Positions 23,701-38,700 of a stretch of 64,000 bases of DNA are shown one piece after another (position 1 is the stretch's first letter; each line of letters opens with the position of its first letter). The notes under the pieces were generated by a model. It searched no databases. It saw only the letters and a program-made list of their open reading frames with translations, and had not been told where the DNA came from. Source of the stretch: Antedon mediterranea (Eukaryota; Animalia; Echinodermata). The stretch covers positions 20,420,101 to 20,484,100 of the forward strand of contig NC_092677.1 in assembly GCF_964355755.1 (NCBI RefSeq). Direction: 5' to 3'. Position numbers and translations under genes: made by a program.

Positions 23701-26700
23701 TGCATTTCGATGAAACTTGGTTACACAAAAACATCAAAGTGCTTAAAATCACATTTTGAGCATTTCGTTAAAACTTTTCACACAAAAACATCAAAGTCCA
23801 CAAAATAGCTTAATATCGTATTTAAAAACGTTTTAGACCATTTTGAGCATTTCGAAAAAACTTTTCCACACAAAACATCAAAGTTTACAAAATAGCTTCA
23901 AATCGCATTTGGAGACGTTTTAGACCATTTTGTGATTTTCGAAAAAACTTGTTAACATAAAAACACCAAAGTGCTCAGAATACCTTCAAATCGCATTTTG
24001 AGACGTTTTAGACCATTTTGTGATTTTCGAAAAAACTTGTTAACATAAAAATACCAAAGTGCTCAGAATACCTTCAAATCGTGTTTTGAGACGTTTTAGA
24101 CCATTTTGTGATTTTCGAAAAAACTTGTTAACATAAAAACACCAAAGTGCTCAGAATACCTTCAAATCGCATTTGGAGACGTTTTAGACCATTTTGTGAT
24201 TTTCGAAAAAACTTGTTAACATAAAAACACCAAAGTGCTCAGAAAAGCTTCAAATCGCATTTGGAGACGTTTTAAACCATTTTGTTCATTTCGATGAAAC
24301 TTGGTTACACAAAAACATCAAAGAGCACAAAAGTATTTAAAAACGTTTTAGACCATTTTGAGCATTCCGACAAAACTTTTTCACACAAAACATCAAAGTG
24401 TACAGAATAGCTTTAAATCGCATTTGGAGACGTTTTAGACCATTTTGTAGTTTTCGAAAAAACTTGTTAACATAAAAACACAAAAGAGCTTCAAATCGCA
24501 TTTGGAGACGTTTTAGACCCTTTTGTGCATTTCGATGAAACTTGGTTACACAAAAACATCAAAGTGCTTAAAATCACATTAGAAACCGTTTTAGACCATT
24601 TTGAGCATTTCGTTAAAACTTTTCACACAAAAACATCAAAGTCCACAAAATAGCTTAATATCGTATTCAAAAACGTTTTAGACCATTTTGAGCATTTCGA
24701 AAAAACTTTTTCACACAAAACATCAAAGTTTACAAAATAGCTTCAAATTGCATTTGGAGACGTTTTAGACCATTTTGTGATTTTCGAAAAAACTTGTTAA
24801 CATAAAAACACCAAAGTGCTCAGAATACCTTCAAATCGCATTTTGAGACGTTTTAGACCATTTTGTGATTTTCGAAAAAACAACATAAAAACACCAAAGT
24901 GCTCAGAATACCTTCAAATCGCATTTGGAGACGTTTTAGACCATTTTGTGATTTTGGAAAAAACTTGTTAACATAAAAACACCAAAGTGCTCAGAATACC
25001 TTCAAATCGTATTTTGAGACGTTTTAGACAATTTTGTGATTTTCGAAAAAACTTGTTAACATAAAAACACCAAAGTGCTTAGAAAAGCTTCAAATCGCAT
25101 TTGGAGACGTTTTAGACCATTTTGTGCATTTCGATGAAACTTGGTTACACAAAAACATCAAAGTGTACAGAATAGCTTCAAATCGCATTAGAAACCGTTT
25201 TAGACCATTTTGAGCATTTCGAAAAAACTTTTTCACACAAAACATCAAAGTGTACAAAATAGCTTCAAATCGCATTTGGAGACGTTTTAGACAATTTTGT
25301 GATTTTCGAAAAAACTTGTTAACATAAAAACACCAAAGTGCTAAGAATAGCTTCCAATCGCATTTGGAGACGTTTTAGACCCTTTTGTGCATTTCGATGA
25401 AACTTGGTTACACAAAAACATCAAAGTGCTTAAAATCACATTAGAAACCGTTTTAGACCATTTTGAGCATTTCGTTAAAATTTTTCACAGAAAAACATCA
25501 AAGAGCAAAAAATAGCTTAATATCGTATTTAAAAACGTTTTAGACCATTTTGAGCATTTCGACAAAACTTTTTCACACAAAACATCAAAGTGTACAGAAT
25601 AGCTTCAAATCGCATTTGGAGACGTTTTAACCCATTTTGAGCATTCCGATAAAATTTTACACACAAAAACATCAAAGTGCACAAAATAGCTTAATATGGT
25701 ATTTAAAAACGTTTTAGAACATTTTGAGCATTTCAACAAAACTTTTTCTCACAAAACATCAAAGTGTACAGAATAGCTTCAAATCGCATTTGGAGACGTT
25801 TTAGACCATTTTGTGCATTTCGATGAAACTTGGTTACACAAAAACATCAAAGTGCTTAAAATCACATTTTGAGCATTTCGTTAAAACTTTTCACACAAAA
25901 ACATCAAAGAGTAAAAAACAGCTTAATATCGTATTTAAAAACGTTTTAGACCATTTTGAGCATTTCGACAAAATTTTTTCACACAAAACATCAAAGTGTA
26001 CAGAATAGCTTTAAATCGCATTTGGAGACGTTTTAGACCATTTTGTTAATTTCGATGAAACAAAAACACAAAAACATCAAATTGCACAAAATGGCTTAAT
26101 ATGATATGGGAAAACGTTTTAGACCATTTTGAACATTTCGTTAAAAGTTTTCACACAAAAACATCAAAGTCCACAAAATAGCTTAATATCGTATTTAAAA
26201 ACGTTTTAGACCATTTTGAGCATTTCGAAAAAACTTTTTCACACAAAACATCAAAGTTTACAAAATAGCTTCAAATCGAATTTGGAGACGTTTTAGACCA
26301 TTTTGTGATTTTCGAAAAAACTTGTTAACATAAAAACACCAAAGTGCTCAGAATACCTTCAAATCGCATTTTGAGACGTTTTAGACCATTTTGTGATTTT
26401 CGAAAAAACTTGTTAACATAAAAACACCAAAGTGCTCAGAATACCTTCAAATCGTGTTTTGAGACGTTTTAGACCATTTTGTGATTTTCGAAAAAACTTG
26501 TTAACATAAAAACACCAAAGTGCTCAGAATACCTTCAAATCGCATTTTGAGACGTTTTAGACCATTTTGTGATTTTCGAAAAAACTTGTTAACATAAAAA
26601 CACCAAAGTGCTCAGAATACCTTCAAATCGTGTTTTGAGACGTTTTAGACCATTTTGTGATTTTCGAAAAAACTTGTTAACATAAAAACACCAAAGTGCT

Positions 26701-29700
26701 TAGAAAAGCTTCAAATCGCATTTGGAGACGTTTTAGACCATTTTGTTCATTTCGATGAAACTTGGTTACACAAAAACATCAAAGAGCACAAAAGATCTTA
26801 ATATCGTATTTAAAAACGTTTTAGACCATTTTGAGCATTTCGAAAAAACTTTTTCACACAAAACATCAAAGTGTACAAAATAGCTTCAAATCGCATTTTG
26901 AGACGTTTTAGACAATTTTGTGATTTTCGAAAAAACTTGTTTACATAAAAACACCAAAGTGCTTAGAAAAGCTTCAAATCGCATTTGGAGACGTTTTAAA
27001 CCATTTTGTTCATTTCGATGAAACTTGGTTACACAAAAACATCAAAGAGCACAAAAGTATTTAAAAACGTTTTAGACCATTTTGAGCATTCCGTCAAAAC
27101 TTTTTCACACAAAACATCAAAGTGTACAGAATAGCTTTAAATCGCATTTGGAGACGGTTTAGACCATTTTGTAGTTTTCGAAAAAACTTGTTAACATAAA
27201 AACACAAAAGAGCTTCAAATCGCATTTGGAGACGTTTTAGACCCTTTTGTGCATTTCGATGAAACTTGGTTACACAAAAACATCAAAGTGCTTAAAATCA
27301 CATTAGAAACCGTTTTAGACCATTTTGAGCATTTCGTTAAAACTTTTCACACAAAAACATCAAAGTCCACAAAATAGCTTAATATCGTATTCAAAAACGT
27401 TTTAGACCATTTTGAGCATTTCGAAAAAACTTTTTCACACAAAACATCAAAGTTTACAAAATAGCTTCAAATCGCATTTGGAGACGTTTTAGACCATTTT
27501 GTGATTTTCGAAAAAACTTGTTAACATAAAAACACCAAAGTGCTCAGAATACCTTCAAATCGCATTTTGAGACGTTTTAGACCATTTTGTGATTTTCGAA
27601 AAAAACAACATAAAAACACCAAAGTGCTCAGAATACCTTCAAATCGCATTTGGAGACGTTTTAGACCATTTTGTGATTTTGGAAAAAACTTGTTAACATA
27701 AAAACACCAAAGTGCTCAGAATACCTTCAAATCGTATTTTGAGACGTTTTAGACAATTTTGTGATTTTCGAAAAAACTTGTTAACATAAAAACACCAAAG
27801 TGCTTAGAAAAGCTTCAAATCGCATTTGGAGACGTTTTAGACCATTTTGTGCATTTCGATGAAACTTGGTTACACAAAAACATCAAAGTGTACAGAATAG
27901 CTTCAAATCGCATTAGAAACCGTTTTAGACCATTTTGAGCATTTCGAAAAAACTTTTTCACACAAAACATCAAAGTGTACAAAATAGCTTCAAATCGCAT
28001 TTGGAGACGTTTTAGACAATTTTGTGATTTTCGAAAAAACTTGTTTACATAAAAACACCAAAGTGCTAAGAATAGCTTCCAATCGCATTTGGAGACGTTT
28101 TAGACCCTTTTGTGCATTTCGATGAAACTTTGTTACACAAAAACATCAAAGTGCTTAAAATCACATTAGAAACCGTTTTAGACCATTTTGAGCATTTCGT
28201 TAAAATTTTTCACAGAAAAACATCAAAGAGCAAAAAATAGCTTAATATCGTATTTAAAAACGTTTTAGACCATTTTGAGCATTTCGACAAAACTTTTTCA
28301 CACAAAACATCAAAGTGTACAGAATAGCTTCAAATCGCATTTGGAGACGTTTTAACCCATTTTGAGCATTCCGATAAAATTTTACACACAAAAACATCAA
28401 AGTGCACAAAATAGCTTAATATGGTATTTAAAAACGTTTTAGAACATTTTGAGCATTTCAACAAAACTTTTTCTCACAAAACATCAAAGTGTACAGAATA
28501 GCTTCAAATCGCATTTGGAGACGTTTTAGACCATTTTGTGCATTTCGATGAAACTTGGTTACACAAAAACATCAAAGTGCTTAAAATCACATTTTGAGCA
28601 TTTCGTTAAAACTTTTCACACAAAAACATCAAAGAGTAAAAAATAGCTTAATATCGTATTTAAAAACGTTTTAGACCATTTTGAGCATTTCGACAAAATT
28701 TTTTCACACAAAACATCAAAGTGTACAGAATAGCTTTAAATCGCATTTGGAGACGTTTTAGACCATTTTGTTAATTTCGATGAAACAAAAACACAAAAAC
28801 ATCAAATTGCACAAAATGGCTTAATATGATATGGGAAAACGTTTTAGACCATTTTGAACATTTCGTTAAAAGTTTTCACACAAAAACATCAAAGTCCACA
28901 AAATAGCTTAATATCGTATTTAAAAACGTTTTAGACCATTTTGAGCATTTCGAAAAAACTTTTTCACACAAAACATCAAAGTTTACAAAATAGCTTCAAA
29001 TCGCATTTGGAGACGTTTTAGACCATTTTGTGATTTTCGAAAAAACTTGTTAACATAAAAACACGAAAGTGCTAAGAATAGCTTCCAATCGCATTTGGAG
29101 ACGTTTTAGACCCTTTTGTGCATTTCGATGAAACTTGGTTACACAAAAACATCAAAGTGCTTAAAATCACATTAGAAACCGTTTTAGACCATTTTGAGCA
29201 TTTCGTTAAAATTTTTCACAGAAAAACATCAAAGAGCAAAAAATAGCTTAATATCGTATTTAAAAACGTTTTAGACCATTTTGAGCATTTCGACAAAACT
29301 TTTTCACACAAAATATCAAAGTGTACAGAATAGCTTCAAATCGCATTTGGAGACGTTTTAACCCATTTTGAGCATTTCGATAAAATTTTACACACAAAAA
29401 CATCAAAGTGCACAAAATAGCTTAATATGGTATTTAAAAACGTTTTAGACCATTTTGAGCATTTCAACAAAACTTTTTCTCACAAAACATCAAAGTGTAC
29501 AGAGTAGCTTCAAATCGCATTTGGAGACGTTTTAGACCATTTTGTGCATTTCGATGAAACTTGGTTACACAAAAACATCAAAGTGCTTAAAATCACATTT
29601 TGAGCATTTCGTTAAAACTTTTCACACAAAAACATCAAAGTCCACAAAATAGCTTAATATCGTATTTAAAAACGTTTTAGACCATTTTGAGCATTTCGAA

Positions 29701-32700
29701 AAAACTTTTCCACACAAAACATCAAAGTTTACAAAATAGCTTCAAATCGCATTTGGAGACGTTTTAGACCATTTTGGGATTTTCGAAAAAACTTGTTAAC
29801 ATAAAAACACCAAAGTGCTCAGAATACCTTCAAATCGCATTTGGAGACGTTTTAGACCCTTTTGTGCATTTCGATGAAACTTGGTTACACAAAAACATCA
29901 AAGTGCTTAAAATCACATTAGAAACCGTTTTAGACCATTTTGAGCATTTCGTTAAAATTTTTCACAGAAAAACATCAAAGAGCAAAAAATATCTTAATAT
30001 CGTATTTAAAAACGTTTTAGACCATTTTGAGCATTTCGACAAAACTTTTTCACACAAAACATCAAAGTGTACAAAATAGCTTCAAATCGCATTTGGAGAC
30101 GTTTTAACCCATTTTGAGCATTTCGATAAAATTTTACACACAAAAACATCAAAGTGCACAAAATAGCTTAATATGGTATTTAAAAACGTTTTAGACCATT
30201 TTGAGCATTTCAACAAAACTTTTTCTCACAAAACATCAAAGTGTACAGAATAGCTTCAAATCGCATTTGGAGACGTTTTAGACCATTTTGTGCATTTCGA
30301 TGAAACTTGGTTACACAAAAACATCAAAGTGCTTAAAATCACATTTTGAGCATTTTGTTAAAACTTTTCACACAAAAACATCAAAGTCCACAAAATAGCT
30401 TAATATCGTATTTAAAAACGTTTTAGACCAGTTTGAGCATTTCGAAAAAACTTTTCCACACAAAACATCAAAGTTTACAAAATAGCTTCAAATCGCATTT
30501 GGAGACGTTTTAGACCATTTTGTGATTTTCGAAAAAACTTGATAACATAAAAACACCAAAGTGCTCAGAATACCTTCAAATCGTGTTTTGAGACGTTTTA
30601 GACCATTTTGTAATTTTCGAAAAAAACTTGTTAACATAAAAACACCAAAGTGCTCAGAATACCTTCACATCGCATTTTGAGACGTTTTAGACCATTTTGT
30701 GATTTTCGAAAAAACTTGTTAACATAAAAACACCAAAGTGCTAAGAAAAGCTTGAAATCGCATTTGGAGACGTTTTAGACCATTTTGTGCATTTCGATGA
30801 AACTTGGTTAAAGTGCTTAAAATCACATTTTGAGCATTTCGTTAAAACTTTTCACACAAAAACATCAAAGAGTAAAAAATAGCTTAATATCGTATTTAAA
30901 AACGTTTTAGACCATTTTGAGCATTTCGACAAAATTTTTTCACACAAAACATCAAAGTGTACAGAATAGCTTTAAATCGCATTTGGAGACGTTTTAGACC
31001 ATTTTGTTCATTTCGATGAAACAAAAACACAAAAACATCAAATTGCACAAAATGGCTTAATATGATATGGGAAAACGTTTTAGACCATTTTGAACATTTC
31101 GTTAAAAGTTTTCACAAAAAAACATCAAAGTCCACAAAATAGCTTAATATCGTATTTAAAAACGTTTTAGACCATTTTGAGCATTTCGAAAAAACTTTTT
31201 CACACAAAACATCAAAGTTTACAAAATAGCTTCAAATCGCATTTGGAGACGTTTTAGACCATTTTGTGATTTTCGAAAAAACTTGTTAACATAAAAACAC
31301 CAAAGTGCTCAGAATACCTTCAAATCGCATTTTGAGACGTTTTAGACCATTTTGTGATTTTCGAAAAAACTTGTTAACATAAAAACACCAAAGTGCTCAG
31401 AATACCTTCAAATCGTGTTTTGAGACGTTTTAGACCATTTTGTGATTTTGGAAAAACTTGTTAACATAAAAACACCAAAGTGCTCAGAATACCTTCAAAT
31501 CGCATTTGGAGACGTTTTAGACCATTTTGTGATTTTCGAAAAAACTTGTTAACATAAAAACACCAAAGTGCTCAGAAAAGCTTCAAATCGCAATTGGAGA
31601 CGTTTTAAACCATTTTGTTCATTTCGATGAAACTTGGTTACACAAAAACATCAAATTGCACAAAATGGCTTAATATGGTATGGGAAAACGTTTTAGACCA
31701 TTTTGAACATTTCGAGAAAACTTTTTCACACAAAACTTCAAAGTGTACAGAATAGCTTCAAATCGCATTAGAAACCGTTTTAGACCATTTTGAGCATTTC
31801 GAAAAAACTTTTTCACACAAAACATCAAAGTTTACAAAATAGCTTCAAATCGCATTTGGAGACGTTTTAGACCATTTTGTGATTTTCGAAAAAACTTGTT
31901 AACATAAAAACACCAAAGTGCTCAGAATACCTTCAAATCGCATTTTGAGACGTTTTAGACCATTTTGTGATTTTCGAAAAAACTTGTTAACATAAAAATA
32001 CCAAAGTGCTCAGAATACCTTCAAATCGTGTTTTGAGACGTTTTATACCATTTTGTGATTTTCGAAAAAACTTGTTAACATAAAAACACCAAAGTGCTCA
32101 GAATACCTTCACATCGCATTTGGAGACGTTTTAGACCATTTTGTGATTTTCGAAAAAACTTGTTAACATAAAAACACCAAAGTGCTCAGAAAAGCTTCAA
32201 ATCGCATTTGGAGACGTTTTAAACCATTTTGTTCATTTCGATGAAACTTGGTTACACAAAAACATCAAAGAGCACAAAAGTATTTAAAAACGTTTTAGAC
32301 CATTTTGAGCATTCCGACAAAACTTTTTCACACAAAACATCAAAGTGTACAGAATAGCTTTAAATCGCATTTGGAGACGTTTTAGACCATTTTGTAGTTT
32401 TCGAAAAAACTTGTTAACATAAAAACACAAAAGAGCTTCAAATCGCATTTGGAGACGTTTTAGACCCTTTTGTGCATTTCGATGAAACTTGGTTACACAA
32501 AAACATCAAAGTGCTTAAAATCACATTAGAAACCGTTTTAGACCATTTTGAGCATTTCGTTAAAACTTTTCACACAAAAACATCAAAGTCCACAAAATAG
32601 CTTAATATCGTATTTAAAAACGTTTTAGACAATTTTGAGCATTTCGAAAAAACTTTTTCACACAAAACATCAAAGTTTACAAAATAGCTTCAAATCGCAT

Positions 32701-35700
32701 TTGGAGACGTTTTAGACCATTTTGTGATTTTCGAAAAAACTTGTTAACATAAAAACACCAAAGTGCTCAGAATACCTTCAAATCGCATTTTGAGACGTTT
32801 TAGACCATTTTGTTCATTTCGATGAAACAAAAACACAAAAACATCAAATTGCACAAAATGGCTTAATATGATATGGGAAAACGTTTTAGACCATTTTGAA
32901 CATTTCGTTAAAAGTTTTCACACAAAAACATCAAAGTCCACAAAATAGCTTAATATCGTATTTAAAAACGTTTTAGACCATTTTGAGCATTTCGAAAAAA
33001 CTTTTCCACACAAAACATCAAAGTTTACAAAATAGCTTCAAATCGCATTTGGAGACGTTTTAGACCATTTTGTGATTTTCGAAAAAACTTGTTAACATAA
33101 AAACACAAAAGTGCTCAGAATACCTTCAAATCGCATTTGGAGACGTTTTAGACCATTTTGTGATTTTCGAAAAAACTTGTTTACATAAAAACACCAAAGT
33201 GCTTAGAAAAGCTTCAAATCGCATTTGGAGACGTTTTAAACCATTTTGTTCATTTCGATGAAACTTGGTTACACAAAAACATCAAAGAGCACAAAAGTAT
33301 TTAAAAACGTTTTAGACCATTTTGTGCATTCCGACAAAACTTTTTCACACAAAACATCAAAGTGTATAGAATAGCTTTAAATCGCATTTGGAGACGTTTT
33401 AGACCATTTTGTAGTTTTCGAAAAAACTTGTTAACATAAAAACACCAAAGAGCTTCAAATCGCATTTGGAGACGTTTTAGACCCTTTTGTGCATTTCGAT
33501 GAAACTTGGTTACACAAAAACATCAAAGTGCTTAAAATCACATTAGAAACCGTTTTAGACCATTTTGAGCATTTCGTTAAAACTTTTCACACAAAAACAT
33601 CAAAGTCCACAAAATAGCTTAATATCGTATTTAAAAACGTTTTAGACCATTTTGAGCATTTCGAAAAAACTTTTTCACACAAAACATCAAAGTTTACAAA
33701 ATAGCTTCAAATCGCATTTGGAGACGTTTTAGACCATTTTGTGATTTTCGAAAAAACTTGTTAACATAAAAACACCAAAGTGCTCAGAATACCTTCAAAT
33801 CGCATTTTGAGACTTTTTAGACCATTTTGTTCATTTAAATGAAACAAAAACACAAAAACATCAAATTGCACAAAATGGCTTAATATGATATGGGAAAACG
33901 TTTTAGACCATTTTGAACATTTCGTTAAAAGTTTTCAAAAAAAAACATCAAAGTCCACAAAATAGCTTAATATCGTATTTCAAAACGTTTTAGACCATTT
34001 TGAGCATTTCGAAAAAACTTTTTCACAAAAAACATCAAAGTTTACAAAATAGCTTCAAATCGCATTTGGAGACGTTTTAGACAATTTTGTGATTTTCGAA
34101 AAAACTTGTTAACATAAAAACACCAAAGTGGTCAGAATACTTTCAAATCGCATTTTGAGACGTTTTAGACCATTTTGTGATTTTCGAAAAAACTTGTTAA
34201 CATAAAAACACCAGAGTGCTCAGACTACCTTCAAATCGTGTTTTGAGACGTTTTAGACCATTTTGTGATTTTGGAAAAACTTGTTAACATAAAAACACCA
34301 AAGTGCTCAGAATACCTTCAAATCGCATTTGGAGACGTTTTAGACCATTTTGTGATTTTCGAAAAAACTTGTTAACATAAAAACACCAAAGTGCTCAGAA
34401 AAGCTTCAAATCGCAATTGGAGACGTTTTAAACCATTTTGTTCATTTCGATGAAACTTGGTTACACAAAAACATCAAATTGCACAAAATGGCTTAATATG
34501 GTATGGGAAAACGTTTTAGACCATTTTGAACATTTCGAGAAAACTTTTTCACACAAAACTTCAAAGTGTACAGAATAGCTTCAAATCGCATTAGAAACCG
34601 TTTTAGACCATTTTGAGCATTTCGAAAAAACTTTTTCACACAAAACATCAAAGTTTACAAAATAGCTTCAAATCGCATTTGGAGACGTTTTAGACCATTT
34701 TGTGATTTTCGAAAAAACTTGTTAACATAAAAACACCAAAGTGCTCAGAATACCTTCAAATCGCATTTGGAGACGTTTTAGACCATTTTGTGATTTTCGA
34801 AAAAACTTGTTAACATAAAAACACCAAAGTGCTCAGAAAAGCTTCAAATCGCATTTGGAGACGTTTTAAACCATTTTGTTCATTTCGATGAAACTTTGTT
34901 ACACAAAAACATCAAAGAGCACAAAAGTATTTAAAAACGTTTTAGACCATTTTGAGCATTCCGACAAAACTTTTTCACACAAAACATCAAAGTGTACAGA
35001 ATAGCTTTAAATCGCATTTGGAGACGTTTTAGACCATTTTGTAGTTTTCGAAAAAACTTGTTAACATAAAAACACAAAAGAGCTTCAAATCGCATTTGGA
35101 GACGTTTTAGACCCTTTTGTGCATTTCGATGAATCTTGGTTACACAAAAACATCAAAGTGCTTAAAATCACATTAGAAACCGTTTTAGACCATTTTGAGC
35201 ATTTCGTTAAAACTTTTCACACAAAAACATCAAAGTCCACAAAATAGCTTAATATCGTATTCAAAAACGTTTTAGACCATTTTGAGCATTTCGAAAAAAC
35301 TTTTTCACACAAAACATCAAAGTTTACAAAATAGCTTCAAATCGCATTTGGAGACGTTTTAGACCATTTTGTGATTTTCGAAAAAACTTGTTAACATAAA
35401 AACACCAAAGTGCTCAGAATACCTTCAAATCGCATTTTGAGACGTTTTAGACCATTTTTTGATTTTCGAAAAAACAACATAAAAACACCAAAGTGCTCAG
35501 AATACCTTCAAATCGCATTTGGAGACGTTTTAGACCATTTTGTGATTTTGGAAAAAACTTGTTAACATAAAAACACCAAAGTGCTCAGAATACCTTCAAA
35601 TCGTATTTTGAGACGTTTTAGACAATTTTGTGATTTTCGAAAAAACTTGTTAACATAAAAACAAAAAAAGTGCTTAGAAAAGCTTCAAATCGCATTTGGA

Positions 35701-38700
35701 GACGTTTTAGACCATTTTGTGCATTTCGATGAAACTTGGTTACACAAAAACATCAAAGTGTACAGAATAGCTTCAAATCGCATTAGAAACCGTTTTAGAC
35801 CATTTTGAGCATTTCGAAAAAACTTTTTCACACAAAACATCAAAGTGTACAAAATAGCTTCAAATCGCATTTGGAGACGTTTTAGACAATTTTGTGATTT
35901 TCGAAAAAACTTGTTTACATAAAAACACCAAAGTGCTAAGAATAGCTTCCAATCGCATTTGGAGACGTTTTAGACCCTTTTGTGCATTTCGATGAAACTT
36001 GGTTACACAAAAACATCAAAGTGCTTAAAATCACATTAGAAACCGTTTTAGACCATTTTGAGCATTTCGTTAAAATTTTTCACAGAAAAACATCAAAGAG
36101 CAAAAAATAGCTTAATATCGTATTTAAAAACGTTTTAGACCATTTTGAGCATTTCGACAAAACTTTTTCACACAAAACATCAAAGTGTACAGAATAGCTT
36201 TAAATCGCATTTGGAGACGTTTTAGACCATTTTGTGCATTTCGATGAAACTTGGTTACACAAAAACATCAAAGTGCTTAAAATCACATTTTGAGCATTTC
36301 GTTAAAACTTTTCACACAAAAACATCAAAGTCCACAAAATAGCTTAATATCGTATTTAAAAACGTTTTAGACCATTTTGAGCATTTCGAAAAAACTTTTT
36401 CACACAAAACATCAAAGTTTACAAAATAGCTTCAAATCGCATTTGGAGACGTTTTAGACCATTTTGTGATTTTCGAAAAAACTTGTTAACATAAAAACAC
36501 CAAAGTGCTCAGAATACCTTCAAATCGCATTTTGAGACGTTTTAGACCATTTTGTGATTTTCGAAAAAACTTGTTAACATAAAAACACCAAAGTGCTCAG
36601 AATACCTTCAAATCGTGTTTTGAGACGTTTTAGACCATTTTGTGATTTTCGAAAAAACTTGTTAACATAAAAACACCAAAGTGCTCAGAATACCTTCAAA
36701 TCGCATTTTGAGACGTTTTAGACCATTTTGTGATTTTCGAAAAAACTTGTTAACATAAAAACACCAAAGTGCTCAGAATACCTTCAAATCGTGTTTTGAG
36801 ACGTTTTAGACCATTTTGTGATTTTCGAAAAAACTTGTTAACATAAAAACACCAAAGTGCTTAGAAAAGCTTCAAATCGCATTTGGAGACGTTTTAGACC
36901 ATTTTGTTCATTTCGATGAAACTTGGTTACACAAAAACATCAAAGAGCACAAAAGATCTTAATATCGTATTTAAAAACGTTTTAGACCATTTTGAGCATT
37001 TCGAAAAAACTTTTTCACACAAAACATCAAAGTGTACAAAAAAGCTTCAAATCGCATTTTGAGACGTTTTAGACAATTTTGTGATTTTCGAAAAAACTTG
37101 TTTACATAAAAACACCAAAGTGCTTAGAAAAGCTTCAAATCGCATTTGGAGACGTTTTAAACCATTTTGTTCATTTCGATGAAACTTGGTTACACAAAAA
37201 CATCAAAGAGCACAAAAGTATTTAAAAACGTTTTAGACCATTTTGAGCATTCCGTCAAAACTTTTTCACACAAAACATCAAAGTGTACAGAATAGCTTTA
37301 AATCGCATTTGGAGACGTTTTAGACCATTTTGTAGTTTTCGAAAAAACTTGTTAACATAAAAACACAAAAGAGCTTCAAATCGCATTTGGAGATGTTTTA
37401 GACCCTTTTGTGCATTTCGATGAAACTTGGTTACACAAAAACATCAAAGTGCTTAAAATCACATTAGAAACCGTTTTAGACCATTTTGAGCATTTCGTAA
37501 AAACTTTTCACACAAAAACATCAAAGTCCACAAAATAGCTTAATATCGTATTTAAAAACGTTTTAGACCATTTTGAACATTTCGAAAAAACTTTTTCACA
37601 CAAAACATCAAAGTTTACAAAATAGCTTCAAATCGCATTTGGAGACGTTTTAGACCATTTTGTGATTTTCGAAAAAACTTGTTAACATAAAAACACCAAA
37701 GTGCTCAGAAAAGCTTCAAATCGCATTTGGAGACGTTTTAAACCATTTTTTTCATTTCGATGAAACTTGGTTACACAAAAACATTAAAGAGCACAAAAGT
37801 ATTTAAAAACGTTTTAGACCATTTTGAGCATTCCGACAAAACTTTTTCACACAAAACATCAAAGTGTACAGAATAGCTTTAAATCGCATTTGGAGACGTT
37901 TTAGACCATTTTGAGCATTTCGACAAAAATTTTTCACACAAAACATCAAAGTGTACAGAATAGCTTCAAATCGCATTTGGAGACGTTTTAACCCATTTTG
38001 AGCATTTCGATAAAATTTTACACACAAAAACATCAAAGTGCACAAAATAGCTTAATATGGTATTTAAAAACGTTTTAGACCATTTTGAGCATTTCAACAA
38101 AACCTTTTCTCACAAAACATCAAAGTGTACAGAATAGCTTCAAATCGCATTTGGAGACGTTTTAGACCATTTTGTGCATTTCGATGAAACTTGGTTACAC
38201 AAAAACATCAAAGTGCTTAAAATCACATTTTGAGCATTTCGTTAAAACTTTTCACACAAAAACATCAAAGTCCACAAAATAGCTTAATATCGTATTTAAA
38301 ATCGTTTTAGACCATTTTGAGCATTTCGAAAAAACTTTTCCACACAAAACATCAAAGTTTACAAAACAGCTTCAAATCGCATTTGGAGACGTTTTAGACC
38401 ATTTTGTGATTTTCGTAAAAACTTGTTAACATAAAAACACCAAAGTGCTTAGAAAAGCTTCAAATCGCATTTGGAGACGTTTTAGACCATTTTGTGCATT
38501 TCGATGAAACTTGGTTACACAAAAACATCAAAGTGCTTAAAATCACATTTTGAACATTTCGTTAAAAGTTTTCACACAAAACATCAAAGAGTAAAAAATA
38601 GCTTAATATCGTATTTAAAAACGTTTTAGACCATTTTGAGCATTTCGAAAAAACTTTTCCCCACAAAACATCAAAGTTTACAAAATAGCTTCAAATCGCA